A stretch of 62,472 nucleotides of DNA, the filler included, from Nemertoderma westbladi (Eukaryota; Animalia; Xenacoelomorpha): NCBI GenBank assembly GCA_032718475.1. It is 3 parts of 3 records of this genome, joined end to end, with 100 filler letters (N's around TTAATTAATTAA, not from the genome) between each part and the next. Parts side by side here need not be neighbours in the genome. Positions count along the whole stretch, not along the records: positions 1 to 31,951 come from JAUCBJ010006458.1; 2 more parts are not named here. One strand, given 5' to 3'. The position numbers and the translations under genes are program-made. This document shows positions 11,001 to 22,375 of this stretch, piece after piece (positions within the stretch are counted from its first letter, which is position 1; every line of letters starts with the position of its first letter). The notes under the pieces were generated by a model, which had not been told where the DNA came from, did no database searches, and saw only the letters and a list, made by a program, of their open reading frames with translations.

Positions 11001-14000
11001 AATAAGGTAAGTGAGAAACCCGTTTCTAGGAGAAAGGTAACACCAGTGTGTTATACAGACGACGGCGAAAGCCAGGCCTCTCAAGAGGAGAACAACGGGA
11101 AAGACACCGAAAGATCTTACTATGTCAACAAAGCGCCTAAGGACGTAAGTAAATTTAAGTCTCGAACTAGTGACAGGAGAGAACAGGTAACAAAAACTCC
11201 TCCTACGTCTCCTAAGAGAATTCATGGAAGAAAGCCCGAGGAAAGAACAAGTGTGCACAACACTACCCAAGGTAAAGTAAGTAACATCAAACCAAAATGT
11301 GCATTGTGCGACAGGCCCCACCGTTTAAGTGTGTGTGAGGAATTCTTAAAGAAATCCCTAAAAGATAGACGCGAAGTCATGTGGGATAAGCGGTTGTGTT
11401 ATAATTGTCTCAGACAAGGACACCAACGGCAAACCTGTTACTCCGATGCGAGGTGTGCTAAGTGCGGCGCGAAACATCATATCTTGTTGCACACCGAATT
11501 TGAAAGAAACAGCCCGAGTCAGGTAAGTGAGTCCGAACTACATGTCCAATTCAGTGATGTGAACGACACTGACCAAAGTTCTGAGATGGAAGGATTCTAC
11601 ACGGATGAATTCTCCGACGAAAACGAATCCTGTTATCTAATAAACACCGCAGTGTATCGAGCACTTACGTATGAGACTGAAACCGATAGTGAGCTCCCAC
11701 TAACTATTCCTGACCGACAACCATCTTGGAAAGCGCCAACTTCCAACGTAGGGATCCGAGAATTTCCCGTAGTGCAGTTGAGAGTCCACGGGTTAAAAAG
11801 GAGCTATATAGTGAACGCCCTCCTTGACTCCGGCAGCACAGGAACATTCATCGACAAAGAACTAGCCGAAGACATCTTTGTTGGACAACCCAAGTTCCGA
11901 ACTAAGTTGAACCTTTCAGGAATTATGCAGGTTTGGAAATCTACAGTAGCTACAGACTACTATGTAGGCGCGTTGTCCACACCCCAGGATGAACTAGGAG
12001 AACACAGTATAAGGTCAGTAAAAATGGTGGCAATAAAGAACTTCACTACCAGCCAAGTGGAACCTTATAACTGGGATGAAGACGATTTCACCCAGCAGCA
12101 TGAGATACCTAGATTCAACACCCACTACCCAGGGGTACAAATACTCATCGGCCAAAATGCGCATGAGGCGCTTGAGACATTAGAGAAACGGCCTGCTCAA
12201 CTGCAACCACTGCAAACCTATGCGGGAAGAACTAGAGTAGGTTGGTACTTTACTGGACCTTCCCGTAGGACACTCATGGAAAGGCTACCTAAAGATCAAG
12301 TCCACCAGGTGAGTGAATGGGAAGAGGAAATCAGTGAGGGAGAAGACACACCTGAGGGAACACCATACTCCTCAGATAATGATGATATTCATCAACTATT
12401 CGATGAGGAGAATACCATCGACCTCCTTACGGAAAATGAAACTTGGCAAAACCAAGTGAACCTGTGTCACCTCATCCATCCAGCGGGACAAGTCGATTAC
12501 AACGACGAACTGAACGAAGTGATAGATCGTTACAACGCGAAGACTCGTGATGAACACGCCGTACGATTCTTTACTCAAGAGGCTGTAGAGCCCAATTCCT
12601 ACGATAAGGCCCTATCGGTAGAAGAGGAAAGAGCCAAGCAGATACAGGAAACGACTACACGTTTTCTTAAAGATCAAGGTAGGTATGAGATTAGTCTGCC
12701 TTTCCGACGGCGAGAACCCAATTTTATAAACAACCGACCCTTGGCGGAGAAGAGAATTGCGCAACTACATCGAAGCCTTATGGCAAATGCTTCAGCTAAG
12801 GAGATGTACCCAGCTGAAGAAATTCATTGACAAGGGATATGCGGAGCGAGTACCGGAGGAAACACCCATAACTGAGAGAACGTACTATTTAACACATCAT
12901 TACGTTCCCAAACCCGGTAAACCCAACAAAGTCCGGGTAGTATTTGACGGCTCTGCCCTCTACATGGGCCAATCCCTTAACTCCGAGTTGTTACCAGGAC
13001 CCAACTTACTCCAATCCTTGTTGGGAATACTCTTAAGATTACGGCAATATTCGATCGCCTTCGCCTCAGATATAGAAGGCATGTTCTTACAAGTTAAGGC
13101 GCTGGATAGGGATCGAGACAGCCTGCGATTTCTGTAGTGGTCTGAAGGAGACCTCAGCCAAAAACCTGTGGAGTACTGGATGACCATCCAGGCTTTCGGG
13201 ATCATCTCGAGCCCCTCAAACGCCTGCTCAGTAGTGCGCACCACTGCTGATGACAACCGGGATGCCTTCTCTAAAGCGGTTATCGACAACATCAAACGGG
13301 ATATATACATGGACGACAATTTAAAGTCCCTCCCATCGGTGGAAGAAGCCATTGATGTCGCCAAGGGAACGGTAGAGTGCTTGAAAAGAGGTGGATTTCG
13401 ATTAACTAAATTCACCAGTAACTCCCGTGAATTTCTGGAATCGATCCCGGTAGAAGAGCGAGGAGTTAAAGATCTAGACCTTATCAAGGACGATCTTCCA
13501 GAAACCAAGACGCTTGGTTTGAAATGGGACACGGAGAGAGATATCCTGTTTTTCCAGCTAAAACAGCGAGATAATCCAATTCGAACTAAACGGATTTGTC
13601 TAAGTATCCTGAGCACTTATTTCGATCCATTGGGATTTATTAGCCCAGTTATACTGATTGCTCGGAGTTTAGTACAACAAATGTGGCTTGAAAACCACTC
13701 GTGGGACGATCCACTTAACCCTTTTGGTACCTAACTGGAAATTATTCAAACCCCCAAGTGCCCAACTCTAATTCATGAATTTCTGAAGTCTGTCAGTCTT
13801 TCTGTCAGTTTGTCTGTCAAGACTTTAGCAAGAATAAAATCTACTAACATTCTCGCTATGGGGGTTTTCCTTGTCAAGGATTTCATTTCCGCTGTCAGTT
13901 TTCAATTTTGACCCAATCCAGACTGTCTGTCGGTCTGTCTGTCGGTCTGTCTGTCAGTCTGTCCGTCAAAAGTATAAGGAATCACATTAGCTAATTAAAA

Positions 14001-17000
14001 TTATCGCTATGGAGGTTTTCCTGGTCAAGGATTTCATTTCCGCTGTCACTTTTCACTTTTGACCCAATACAGACTGTCTGTCGGTCTGTCTGTCTGTCAG
14101 TCTGTCCGTCGAAAATATAAGGAATCACATTAGCTAATTAAAATTCTCTCTATGGGGGTTTTCCTGGTCAAGGATTTCATTTCCGCTGTCAGTTTTCACT
14201 TTTGACTCTATCCACACTGCCTGTCGGTCTGTCTGTCGGTCTGTCTGTCGGTCTGTCTGTCTGTTGGTCTGTATGTCCGTCAAAAATATAAGGAATCACA
14301 TTAGCTAATTAAAATTCTCTCTATGCGGGTTTTCCTGGTCAAGGAATTCATTTCTGCTGTCAGTTTTAACTTTTGACCCTATCCAGACTATCTGTCGGTC
14401 AGTCTGTGTAGGCTTTTTTTGTTTAGGCTGTTTAGTCAGTTTAGGCCTACCTTACTGCAGTACTGCCTTATTCTGTTATTGCAAAAGCCTGGCAGTCTGT
14501 AAGCAGGTTTGCAGTAGGCCTACCGGTAGTTAAATTACAGTAGATACAAGCAGAAATGCGTCGCTAACATATAGAAGCATGTACTTAATAGTCCAGCAAA
14601 ATTTTCCCTTCTTAGAAATCGAATAAATGTCATGGAACAGACGTGTGTGTCATGGCGCAATACCCATGGAACAGACGTATGTGCCATGGTACCGAAAGGG
14701 TTAAGGGAGAATTATTAAAGAAGTGGATGAAATGGGAAGATTCTCTACCATCCATCGAGAATTTTACGATTTCCCGTTCATATTTTAGTCATGTTCTCCC
14801 CACGTATTCCTATCAACTCCATGTGTTTGGAGACGCCAGCGATATGGGAATAGGTATAGTAGCCTACCTGAGGGTTGAAACTCCGGATGGAATTAAAGTT
14901 GCCTTGGTTACCTCTAAGGCCTTAATAAACAACAAGCTACGAGTTCCTCGAGCGGAGTTAACCATAGCTATACGCTACAGCCATCGGCCGGAATGTCACA
15001 GAACAGATCGACTATCCACTGGAGAAAACTGTCTATTGGACCGATGCTTTACTCATTTTGGAGTATATAACCAATGAAGTCTGTCAGTTCAGCGTCTTCG
15101 TTACCAACAGAGTAGCCATTATACTTAGTCGCACTAGTGTAGATCAATGGAGACATTGCCCTGGGACAATTAATCCAGCCGACATCGCCTCCAGAGGAGC
15201 AACTCCTCAAGAACTGGTAGACACTCCAGACTGGTTAGGTGGACCCGACTTCCTAAGTAAAGAAGAAGATGAATGGCCTCCTCATCTTACCACGGCTGAG
15301 ATTAGACAAGCCAAGGGAGCGGAGAAAGTCAAACCTAAAACCCGGACGAGTAAATCGAAGTTATTTAAACCCGTGATAGATCTGTCTGTGCTACATATTT
15401 CCGGAGACGACGCTGTGGATTTAAACTCCCCCGCCACAAATAAGTCTGTTGTGGAAATCAGAGAGAGAGACTGGAAATCGGGAACACCAGACGTTTCGCA
15501 GGGACTCTCACCTCTCCTACAGAGAGCGATACATCACTATAGCTCCTGGAATCGGCTTTGTAAGGCCGTTTCATATTTGAAGCGATGCTTCCATTATCAC
15601 TACTCCAGGACGAAGATCGCTAGTGATACCGCTCCACTGACATCTGTGCAGGTCCATGCTATTAAAGATCTTCCCAAATATAAAATCTCAGATAGGTTTC
15701 TGACGGAGAAGATCAGTTACCAGGAGCATGAAGAAACCAATAAGCAGATACTGAGACTCCTGCAATGCTATGAAGATTCCGATAAGTATTTCCTGTTGTT
15801 GAGAAATCCACAGATGCGCTTAAGGGATCGTTTCTCTAGCACAATGATAGATGGGTTAATACGCGTTGGAGGGAGACTAACTAATGCTCCATTATCCTTT
15901 GACACTAAGTTTCCCATACTCATTAGAAACCTTGAAATACAAATCAAGATGATTGTAGATGTTCACAGTAAGCTTTACCATGCTGGTAGAGAACGAGTTC
16001 TTAGCGAAATTCGAACTCGCTATTATTTTCATAAACCCCGTAGAGCTCTGAACCAAGTTCTTAGGAACTGTATACCCTGTAGGAAAGCATGCAGTAGACC
16101 TTTAATACAGCGAGAGGCAGAATTACCTAGGGAACGAGTAAGCTTCTATGAACCACCCTTTACTAATACCGGTGTGGATTTATTTGGCCCTATTGAAGTA
16201 TATCGTGCCAGGACTATAGTCAAGCGATGGTGTGTCATCTTTGTCTGTATGACTTGTAGAGCGATCCATTTAGATATGGTGAACGATCTATCTACCAACC
16301 GCTTCATACTGAGTCTACGCCGACAGATCGCTCGCTTTGGAACTAGCAACACGATGAGATCTGATAAGGGGACGAACTTCATTGGCGCCAACAATGAGAT
16401 CAAGGCTTACGTTAGAGACTGGAACCAAAGACAGGTGGACGATCAGCTAAGGGTAACAGCATCTAGCTGGACATTCAACGCTGCCGACGCCCCTTGGTGG
16501 GGAGCAAGTTGGGAGAGGTTAATAAGAAGAGTGAAGACCGCATTTCACTTTATAGTGCCGTGCCGCGCATATCTCACCGACGAACTTTTGCGGACGTTAA
16601 TGGAAGAGATCGCCGCCTATCTTAACGAAAGACCGCTTATGCCAGTCTCATCGAGTCCCGACTCCCTGGAAGCGCTAACACCCTCGCACTTCCTACTGAA
16701 GAAACCTGTAGCCATGCTCCCACGATCGGAAATCACAGACGGAGACGAATACTGCCGACAAACTTGGCAACTTATGCAGTTATTATCCCGTCGTTTCGCT
16801 GACCATTTCGAAAAACATTATCTGCCTACGCTACAACTTCGAACCAAGTGGTTTGCTCAGCAAGAAAACGTCAGCGCCGGAGACATGGTCCTTATTGTGG
16901 AAACAGATCTTCCACGTAAGCGGTGGCAGACAGGTCGTATCATCGAGACTCATATCTCAGATGACGGTTTAGTGCGATCGGTAGAACTCATCGTCATGCG

Positions 17001-17175
17001 ACGTAACTTTAAGAAACCGGGAATTGTATTCGAGACGCAGCAGCTCAATCGCCCAGTTGGTCGTTTATGTTTACTGGAGAGAGACAGAGAACTGTCCGGA
17101 AACTATGGAAGGCAAGATACTCTTCCCACGACCACCTCCCTAATCCAACAGACATCTAGGGACTCCCCAACGTAA
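8048..17175 (+). pseudogene. Disrupted BEL gag-pol polyprotein (about 2700 aa when reconstructed)
   Basis: DUF1759-like Gag core (KFNGDEMKWLPF...EKLRFLIECLEG); knuckles CALCDRPHRLSVC, CYNCLRQGHQRQTC, CAKCGAKHHILLH; protease ALLDSGS; RT (SDIEGMFLQV, IYMDD); RNase H (LHVFGDAS, NPADIASRG); integrase (HAGRE..CIPC, GVDLFGP, RSDKGTNF, WGASWERL). Lesions: frameshifts near 9420, 12810 and 14970, TAG at 13135-13137, and an insertion at 13719-14700. Confidence 0.93.
13719..14700. mobile_element. piggyBac-like non-autonomous element (982 bp) inserted in pol
   Basis: TTAA TSD at 13715-13718 and 14701-14704; terminal inverted repeats (TIRs) CCCTTTTGGTACC / GGTACCGAAAGGG (1 mismatch). Removing it restores the frame ...WDDPLKGELLKKWMKW. 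Four internal ~150-bp repeats. Confidence 0.92.
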
Positions 17176-17699
17176 TAGCGTCTGGAGTGGGTGTGTGACC
17201 ATATTATTTTATATTCGTTTTTTATTATTCTTATATTTAGGTATGTATTATTATGTAATTTTATAGTAATCGTTTTCTTTAATTTTATTTAGTAGAATGT
17301 TATTTTAGTGGTTATTTAGTAGATTAGTGCAATATATATTCTCGTTTATTACTTAATTACTTATATTATATATATTTAGTGCAACGGCGAGAAATAATTC
17401 TTTTTCTCTTTCCTTACTGTCCGTATCATATTATAAATACATGATTACAGTAAGATGAAATGTCCGTACTTATTAAAGTACAATAAAGCTCCTACTATAC
17501 TCAAGTATTATTGGTAAGTAGAGTATTAGGAATGCAAAGTTCAGATCCTCGTGTCTCGGCTATACCAAGCTCTGGGTAGACCTTGGAAACGACTTGCCTC
17601 TTCTCACTGACATTGCTTCTTGCAATATTGCTCTCAAACCATATATTAAATAATACATATAGTAGCGTGATGTCCCTTTAACAGTAGCATAAAACGCAA

Positions 17700-18080
17700 A
17701 ATAAATCTGTTAAACCCTTTGACCATCTCATCTGTAATTCTAGTCGATTAAGATATCGCGGCACCCACCGATATACTTGAAAGACAAAATTCTAGAATCA
17801 GTGGTTAACGTCCCCAGACAAGTTCTGGAATAAATCGGTGCCCATCTTAAATATTAACTATTAATATTTGTAAAATCTGTCAAACAAATACAATAGAGTA
17901 AATACTTACAAGTTAACTCTAGAAAATCTATAAATCAAAATCTGTTAAAATTTAGATCCTTTAAAATTCTAGTCGATTAAGATATCGTAGTACTTACCGA
18001 TACTCTTAAAAGGACAAATTTTCTAGAATCAAGGATCCCAGTTCCCAGACATGCTCTGGAATAAAATTGTGTCTATTCCA
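17700..18080 (+). ncRNA. Candidate cis-acting structured RNA: two diverged copies of a multi-helix hairpin plus pseudoknot-like unit
   Basis: Both copies show ATTCTAG/CTAGAAT, GTC/GAC, TTAAG/CTTRA and TATCG/CGATA nested helices, a covarying closing helix (TTGACCAT/GTGGTTAA vs GATCCTT/AAGGATC) and a following CCAGA-N5-TCTGG hairpin. Confidence 0.55.
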
Positions 18081-18624
18081 TATTAAATAATAAAATTTAC
18101 GGGAATAAATGTAAATTCATATCCTTTCATGAATTTGATAAATTGTTATTTTATACAATTTATAATATTCCCAAAATTCCATTAATTAATAGATCATGGG
18201 AGCGGAGATTCACCCTATTAAGTGTATTAGTATGCGAGAATCTCCAATATATAGTCAATAGCCGATAAAATTCATAAAATCATGTATAAAGGGGAATATT
18301 GACAATTAAAGAATTACTATTAAATAGCATCCCAGATCTGTATGCATGAGAATTACCCTAATTCTACTGATAGCTTTCCATAATGTCACCATAGCAACAA
18401 CCACGCTAGAATTAGAAGTGAGTTAAAAGAACAATAAAAAGCTTGCCCCATTGAATAGCATACGGAATAAATAGCGCACTGCTAGTATCCAGGGATACAT
18501 AATAATAACGTGACATTCTGGAAGGCACTTGACTAACGGACAAATGGCCCGAGTGTGTACAATTTGTGACAGTTGTGTGGAATTTGTGCGTTTATAGGTG
18601 AATGTTACTACTAAAGTGTGTTTA

Positions 18625-18845
18625 CAGTAGTGAGTCGCAGTTGTGAAAGTAGCCCTAACCCTGCAGTAAGAACCTGAAGTAAATCTAAGCCCTTGGGATG
18701 GACAGTGGAGTGACTCGCGCTGGTTGTTGTTGTCGTTGTGCAGCTACTACGTTGGCGATAGACACAGCGGCGACAGTACATCAGCGCTGAGGATCTTGCG
18801 CTGTCCGGGTGCCGTGAGGGGTAGGCAGCGACGCCCGCTAGCCTA
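18625..18845 (+). ncRNA. GC-rich structured segment just upstream of ORF3
   Basis: GCGCTGG..TGTTGTCGTTGTG pairs with CACAGCGGCGACA..TCAGCGC using several G-U pairs, which work only on the + strand RNA. GTGAGTCGC/GTGACTCGC closes an adjacent domain. Confidence 0.5.
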
Positions 18846-18886
18846 ATTATAATTAATTATAATATTGATAAACTCATATAGCAGCT

Positions 18887-20395
18887 ATGTCTGAGTTGAT
18901 AGAAGATGATCATGGTATCAGGGAGCGATATACCCTACCATTGCAAGCATTGTTGATAGTTTAATACGCGGTGACGCTAGTCCCTCTACTATGGAGGACT
19001 ATGACCGTTATATCGAACCGCCAATGTCCAAGGAACAACTCACACGTGAATTGGACTATAGAAAATTCACCGCTCGCTATACGCATCGTAATGGTACATA
19101 TATGGACTTCTTAACTACTGGCCATCCTATCGATTTACAAGATATGGACGATGTAGACACCAAAAGGGAAACGATCCTATTTAAATATCATACCCAGCGG
19201 AGTCGGAACGATAAACTGAGAATCGAACACGAAAATTCTATTCCAAACCAACTCGAAAGAGAAGACGTTAAAGAACCGGATAAACGCAGTGATTTCAATG
19301 TATATTTGGAATTCTTGAGAGAGACATTGTAAAACTGGAGAAAGATCACCCGCGTTTCCCCTACAAGACGTGCGTCTTTGGTATTATTACGATGAATGCC
19401 CTAGACCCAACCAACACACGGAAAGACATATACATCCGCGGAGACGTTGTGCTAAACACAGTTTTACTCGCTATATTTACGGGAGTTTCAAACGATCCTT
19501 AAATAAACCAATGATCAGAGTTCCGGAATACTCGGTCAGACCTCCTCATTCCCTGGTGAAACCTCAGACTCTTGATCCTAATAGTATGACAGATCCTCCT
19601 GAGCTGTACTCGCTGTTCAAAGATCTAGTGTTACCCGAACAATTAGTTGGTGGCACTCCGGTTGTGGGCTCCCTAGATATTCGCCCATCTTACCTAGTCG
19701 GATTGGGACGCGGACACCCAATATCGCCGTTCAACCCGTATAATCGTCCCGGTTTAACCCGATACAACCTGTCACCGAGGTGGAGGAGAAAATTGTACGC
19801 ACGCGTTAGACACTATTCGATAAAAGATCGGAAAAGGAACCTACGATTGTTTAGAGAAACGTAAATTGCAGCAACAAGTCCAAGTGGTAAACAAATTAAC
19901 TTATCTCAGTTCAATCGGGAAACCCAGAATCTCTAAGAAGATATCGAACTTGGACGACCCTACTCTCTGCAAGAGTTTTGGACGAATGCTTCCAACGACA
20001 AGCGGAGGAAAATCAGCTCGAGGAGAAGCATATCGATTTCCACAGAGCCCGAGAATGCTAGTCGAAAAGAACCATCAAACCGAGGAAATTTCTCACTACA
20101 CACGGTCCACCTACCGCTCTCGTGCAAACGACCCGTCAGGAACCAGTAAGAGCCGCTGTCTTAAAACGCGCTCTCAAGGTTGTTCGACCTCATTCCACTG
20201 AGGTTGATACCGATCAACCGGGTACCTCGACCGGTGGATACACCGACCGTAATCCTAAAACCTTCCGATGCAATTGTATTGCACCCTTCACTCAGGAGTT
20301 ATTGCCCTCCTAGTAAAGTGGCTCGCCCCAAAGAGAAAAGGACTCTTGCTAGCCTCAAAAAACTGCGTAAATGCCGTTCGCGTAAGAAAGACTAA
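18887..20395 (+). pseudogene. Decayed accessory third ORF of the BEL element (about 500 codons, unknown function)
   Basis: ATG at 18887 (MSELIEDDHGIRER) links by small frameshifts to ORFs 18991-19332, 19370-19864, 20122-20313 and 20180-20395. Coding-like GC content; ends PKEKRTLASLKKLRKCRSRKKD just before the polypurine tract (PPT). Confidence 0.6.
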
Positions 20396-20464
20396 CTGTT
20401 TAGAGTATTTTTATATTTTAGAAACAGTGATTTTTTATATTTTATAGAATTAAATCCCATTTTC

Positions 20465-20473
20465 TGGGAGCGG
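20465..20473 (+). promoter_or_regulatory. Short polypurine tract (TGGGAGCGG) abutting the 3' LTR
   Basis: G-rich tract immediately 5' of TGT at 20474. Confidence 0.7.
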
Positions 20474-21708
20474 TGTAAAAGCTTTTGCGGATATAACCAG
20501 TCATTTTTCTCCACAATGAACTGTTTAGTTGTTTTAGCGGACATAACAAGCCATTTTCTCCGCAATGTACCCTGTAGGTGTTTTAGCGGACATAACAAGC
20601 CATTTTATGCCGCAATACGCCAAATACTCTAAATAGAGTGTAGTTCAGATGATGACATCTGTCAGCTGATTTACTGCCAGCGTGGAGCTTTTCTTTGTTC
20701 TTTGTTCGGCTCGCTCGACCAATCAGAGCGATTTTCACTTTGTGTTGGACAGTGCCTACAGAAACCCACGCAATTCAGTCAGTGTGTATCTTTTCTAAGC
20801 CCAGAACACCGGCTTAGGATTCTTCTGTACTTCTGTGTTAGAAGTTTCAGACTTTGGCCAACATTAGACGGCTTGATTACAAGAACGTAAATCTATTATC
20901 TGACTCTGAATCACTGACTGATGAAACTGCTGACTGTCTGACTGCAGTCTGCACTGACTGAACAACTTTGATACTGCACCTACCAACTGCGGTACCGGTA
21001 TTACCAATACTGGCTGAATATCACCGCATTATTGTACTTCTGTTTACTGTCTGTTATTAATGGTTATATGTTGATGGATATGTTGTTATATTTGGAGAAT
21101 ATCGATAAATAATCATAAAACCCCAATCTTCTTGATTACTAAAGGTTAGAGGGACCGGTTACCGGTAGCAACTGCGACTTACATTACATTGGTTTTAGTG
21201 TGCAGTAAATGCTATTTCATAATCCCTACGTGTGTCAGTGGCTATCCTCCTTATATATGATCAAATTCAGTAACGGTCGGCAGATCAGTGTGCAGCAGTG
21301 TGAAATCGTATGCAGCAGTGTGACAGATAATAAAGCATCTCCTAAAGAATGCGCTATTTACGAAAATCATTAGCCATCTCGTTGTGTTTAGTATAAGTCA
21401 TAACTCTGTTTTATACTTAAAGCGCCACGTCCTAAAGGAACTGTTAATATTTCCCTGAAAGTGAATAATATTGTCAGAGATTATATTGTAACGATCAATC
21501 GAATAATACAGTAGGTCTGCAACGCAATAAGGTCAAAGCATCCGAATCCAGTCTCCCTTAACTGTGGGTGAATGATCGCGCATAGACTGGCTTCGGCTAA
21601 TGTTACTTTATGTGCATTAAATCATTGTTATAGGCTAAAGTCGATTTATAAACAAGAGGACACCTAAAATTGGCAGGTTAAACTGCTAAAGGTCTGAAAG
21701 CGCGAACA
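20474..21708 (+). repeat. 3' LTR (1235 bp)
   Basis: Direct repeat of 4899-6138, followed by TSD TTGCC. Confidence 0.96.
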
Positions 21709-21713
21709 TTGCC

Positions 21714-21748
21714 CATGGCACAACAGTTGTGCCATAGGATCGAAAGGG
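21714..21748. mobile_element. Right terminus of the piggyBac-like host element
   Basis: CATGGCACAACAGTTGTGCCATAGGATCGAAAGGG followed by TTAA (21749-21752); same terminal architecture as 14630-14704. Confidence 0.7.
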
Positions 21749-22124
21749 TTAAAAAGGGTGTCTCCGTCGATATTGCTATAAAAGTAATGTGTTTGGATGT
21801 GCTGAGATGTAACTAATGAGATAGAAGTAGTCCGGGAGTTGCTGGTTTTAAGGCTGCTGACATTAAACCTTGCGTAGGCCTACACTCTATTTAAAGATAT
21901 ATTTCTAAAGGCACTTAATACTGTAGCACCAATTAATTAAACAAATTAGTGTTAAACAACGCCCTGGATGACCTCGGGTATTCTTAGTATTATTAGAGAA
22001 ACAGATAACTACTGTACTTGTATAAATTTAGGAAGCACCGTGTTTTAGCTAATTACAATAATTACTTAGATTAGCATAGAAACCATTTCTACCGGTAAAT
22101 AAAATAAGCTAAGTCTGACAGAGA

Positions 22125-22375
22125 GGGGGGGGGGGGGGGGGGGGGGGGGCTGGACGCAATAAAAATTCATCCCTCTCCAGGGGAAATTCGATGCAAATAA
22201 CTGCTGATTATTCTCAAAAATAAAACTGTAACCTGTTCTATTGTGCTTAGTTTATCGTTTTGGTTAAAATAACGTGCCACTGTAACCTGCTCCTTTCCCT
22301 AAATTGAAAATTTAACATTGAGGCGGGATATTATTAATTCGCCAAGGCGGCATTTGCATCCACCCCCCCTGTCTC
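22125..22375. repeat. Right arm of the inverted repeat pair (partner 3291-3555)
   Basis: Poly(G)-CTGGACGCAATAAAAA...TGTAACCTGCTCCTTTCCC...CCCCTGTCTC is the reverse complement of the left arm. Confidence 0.8.

Larger units (their letters stand above)
4899..21708 (+). mobile_element. Full-length BEL/Pao (Belpaoviridae) LTR retrotransposon, 16.8 kb, with extra 3' ORF
   Basis: Two TG...CA LTRs; 5-bp TSD TTGCC at 4894-4898 and 21709-21713; domain order Gag (triple zinc knuckle)-PR-RT-RNase H-IN typical of BEL/Pao. Confidence 0.96.
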
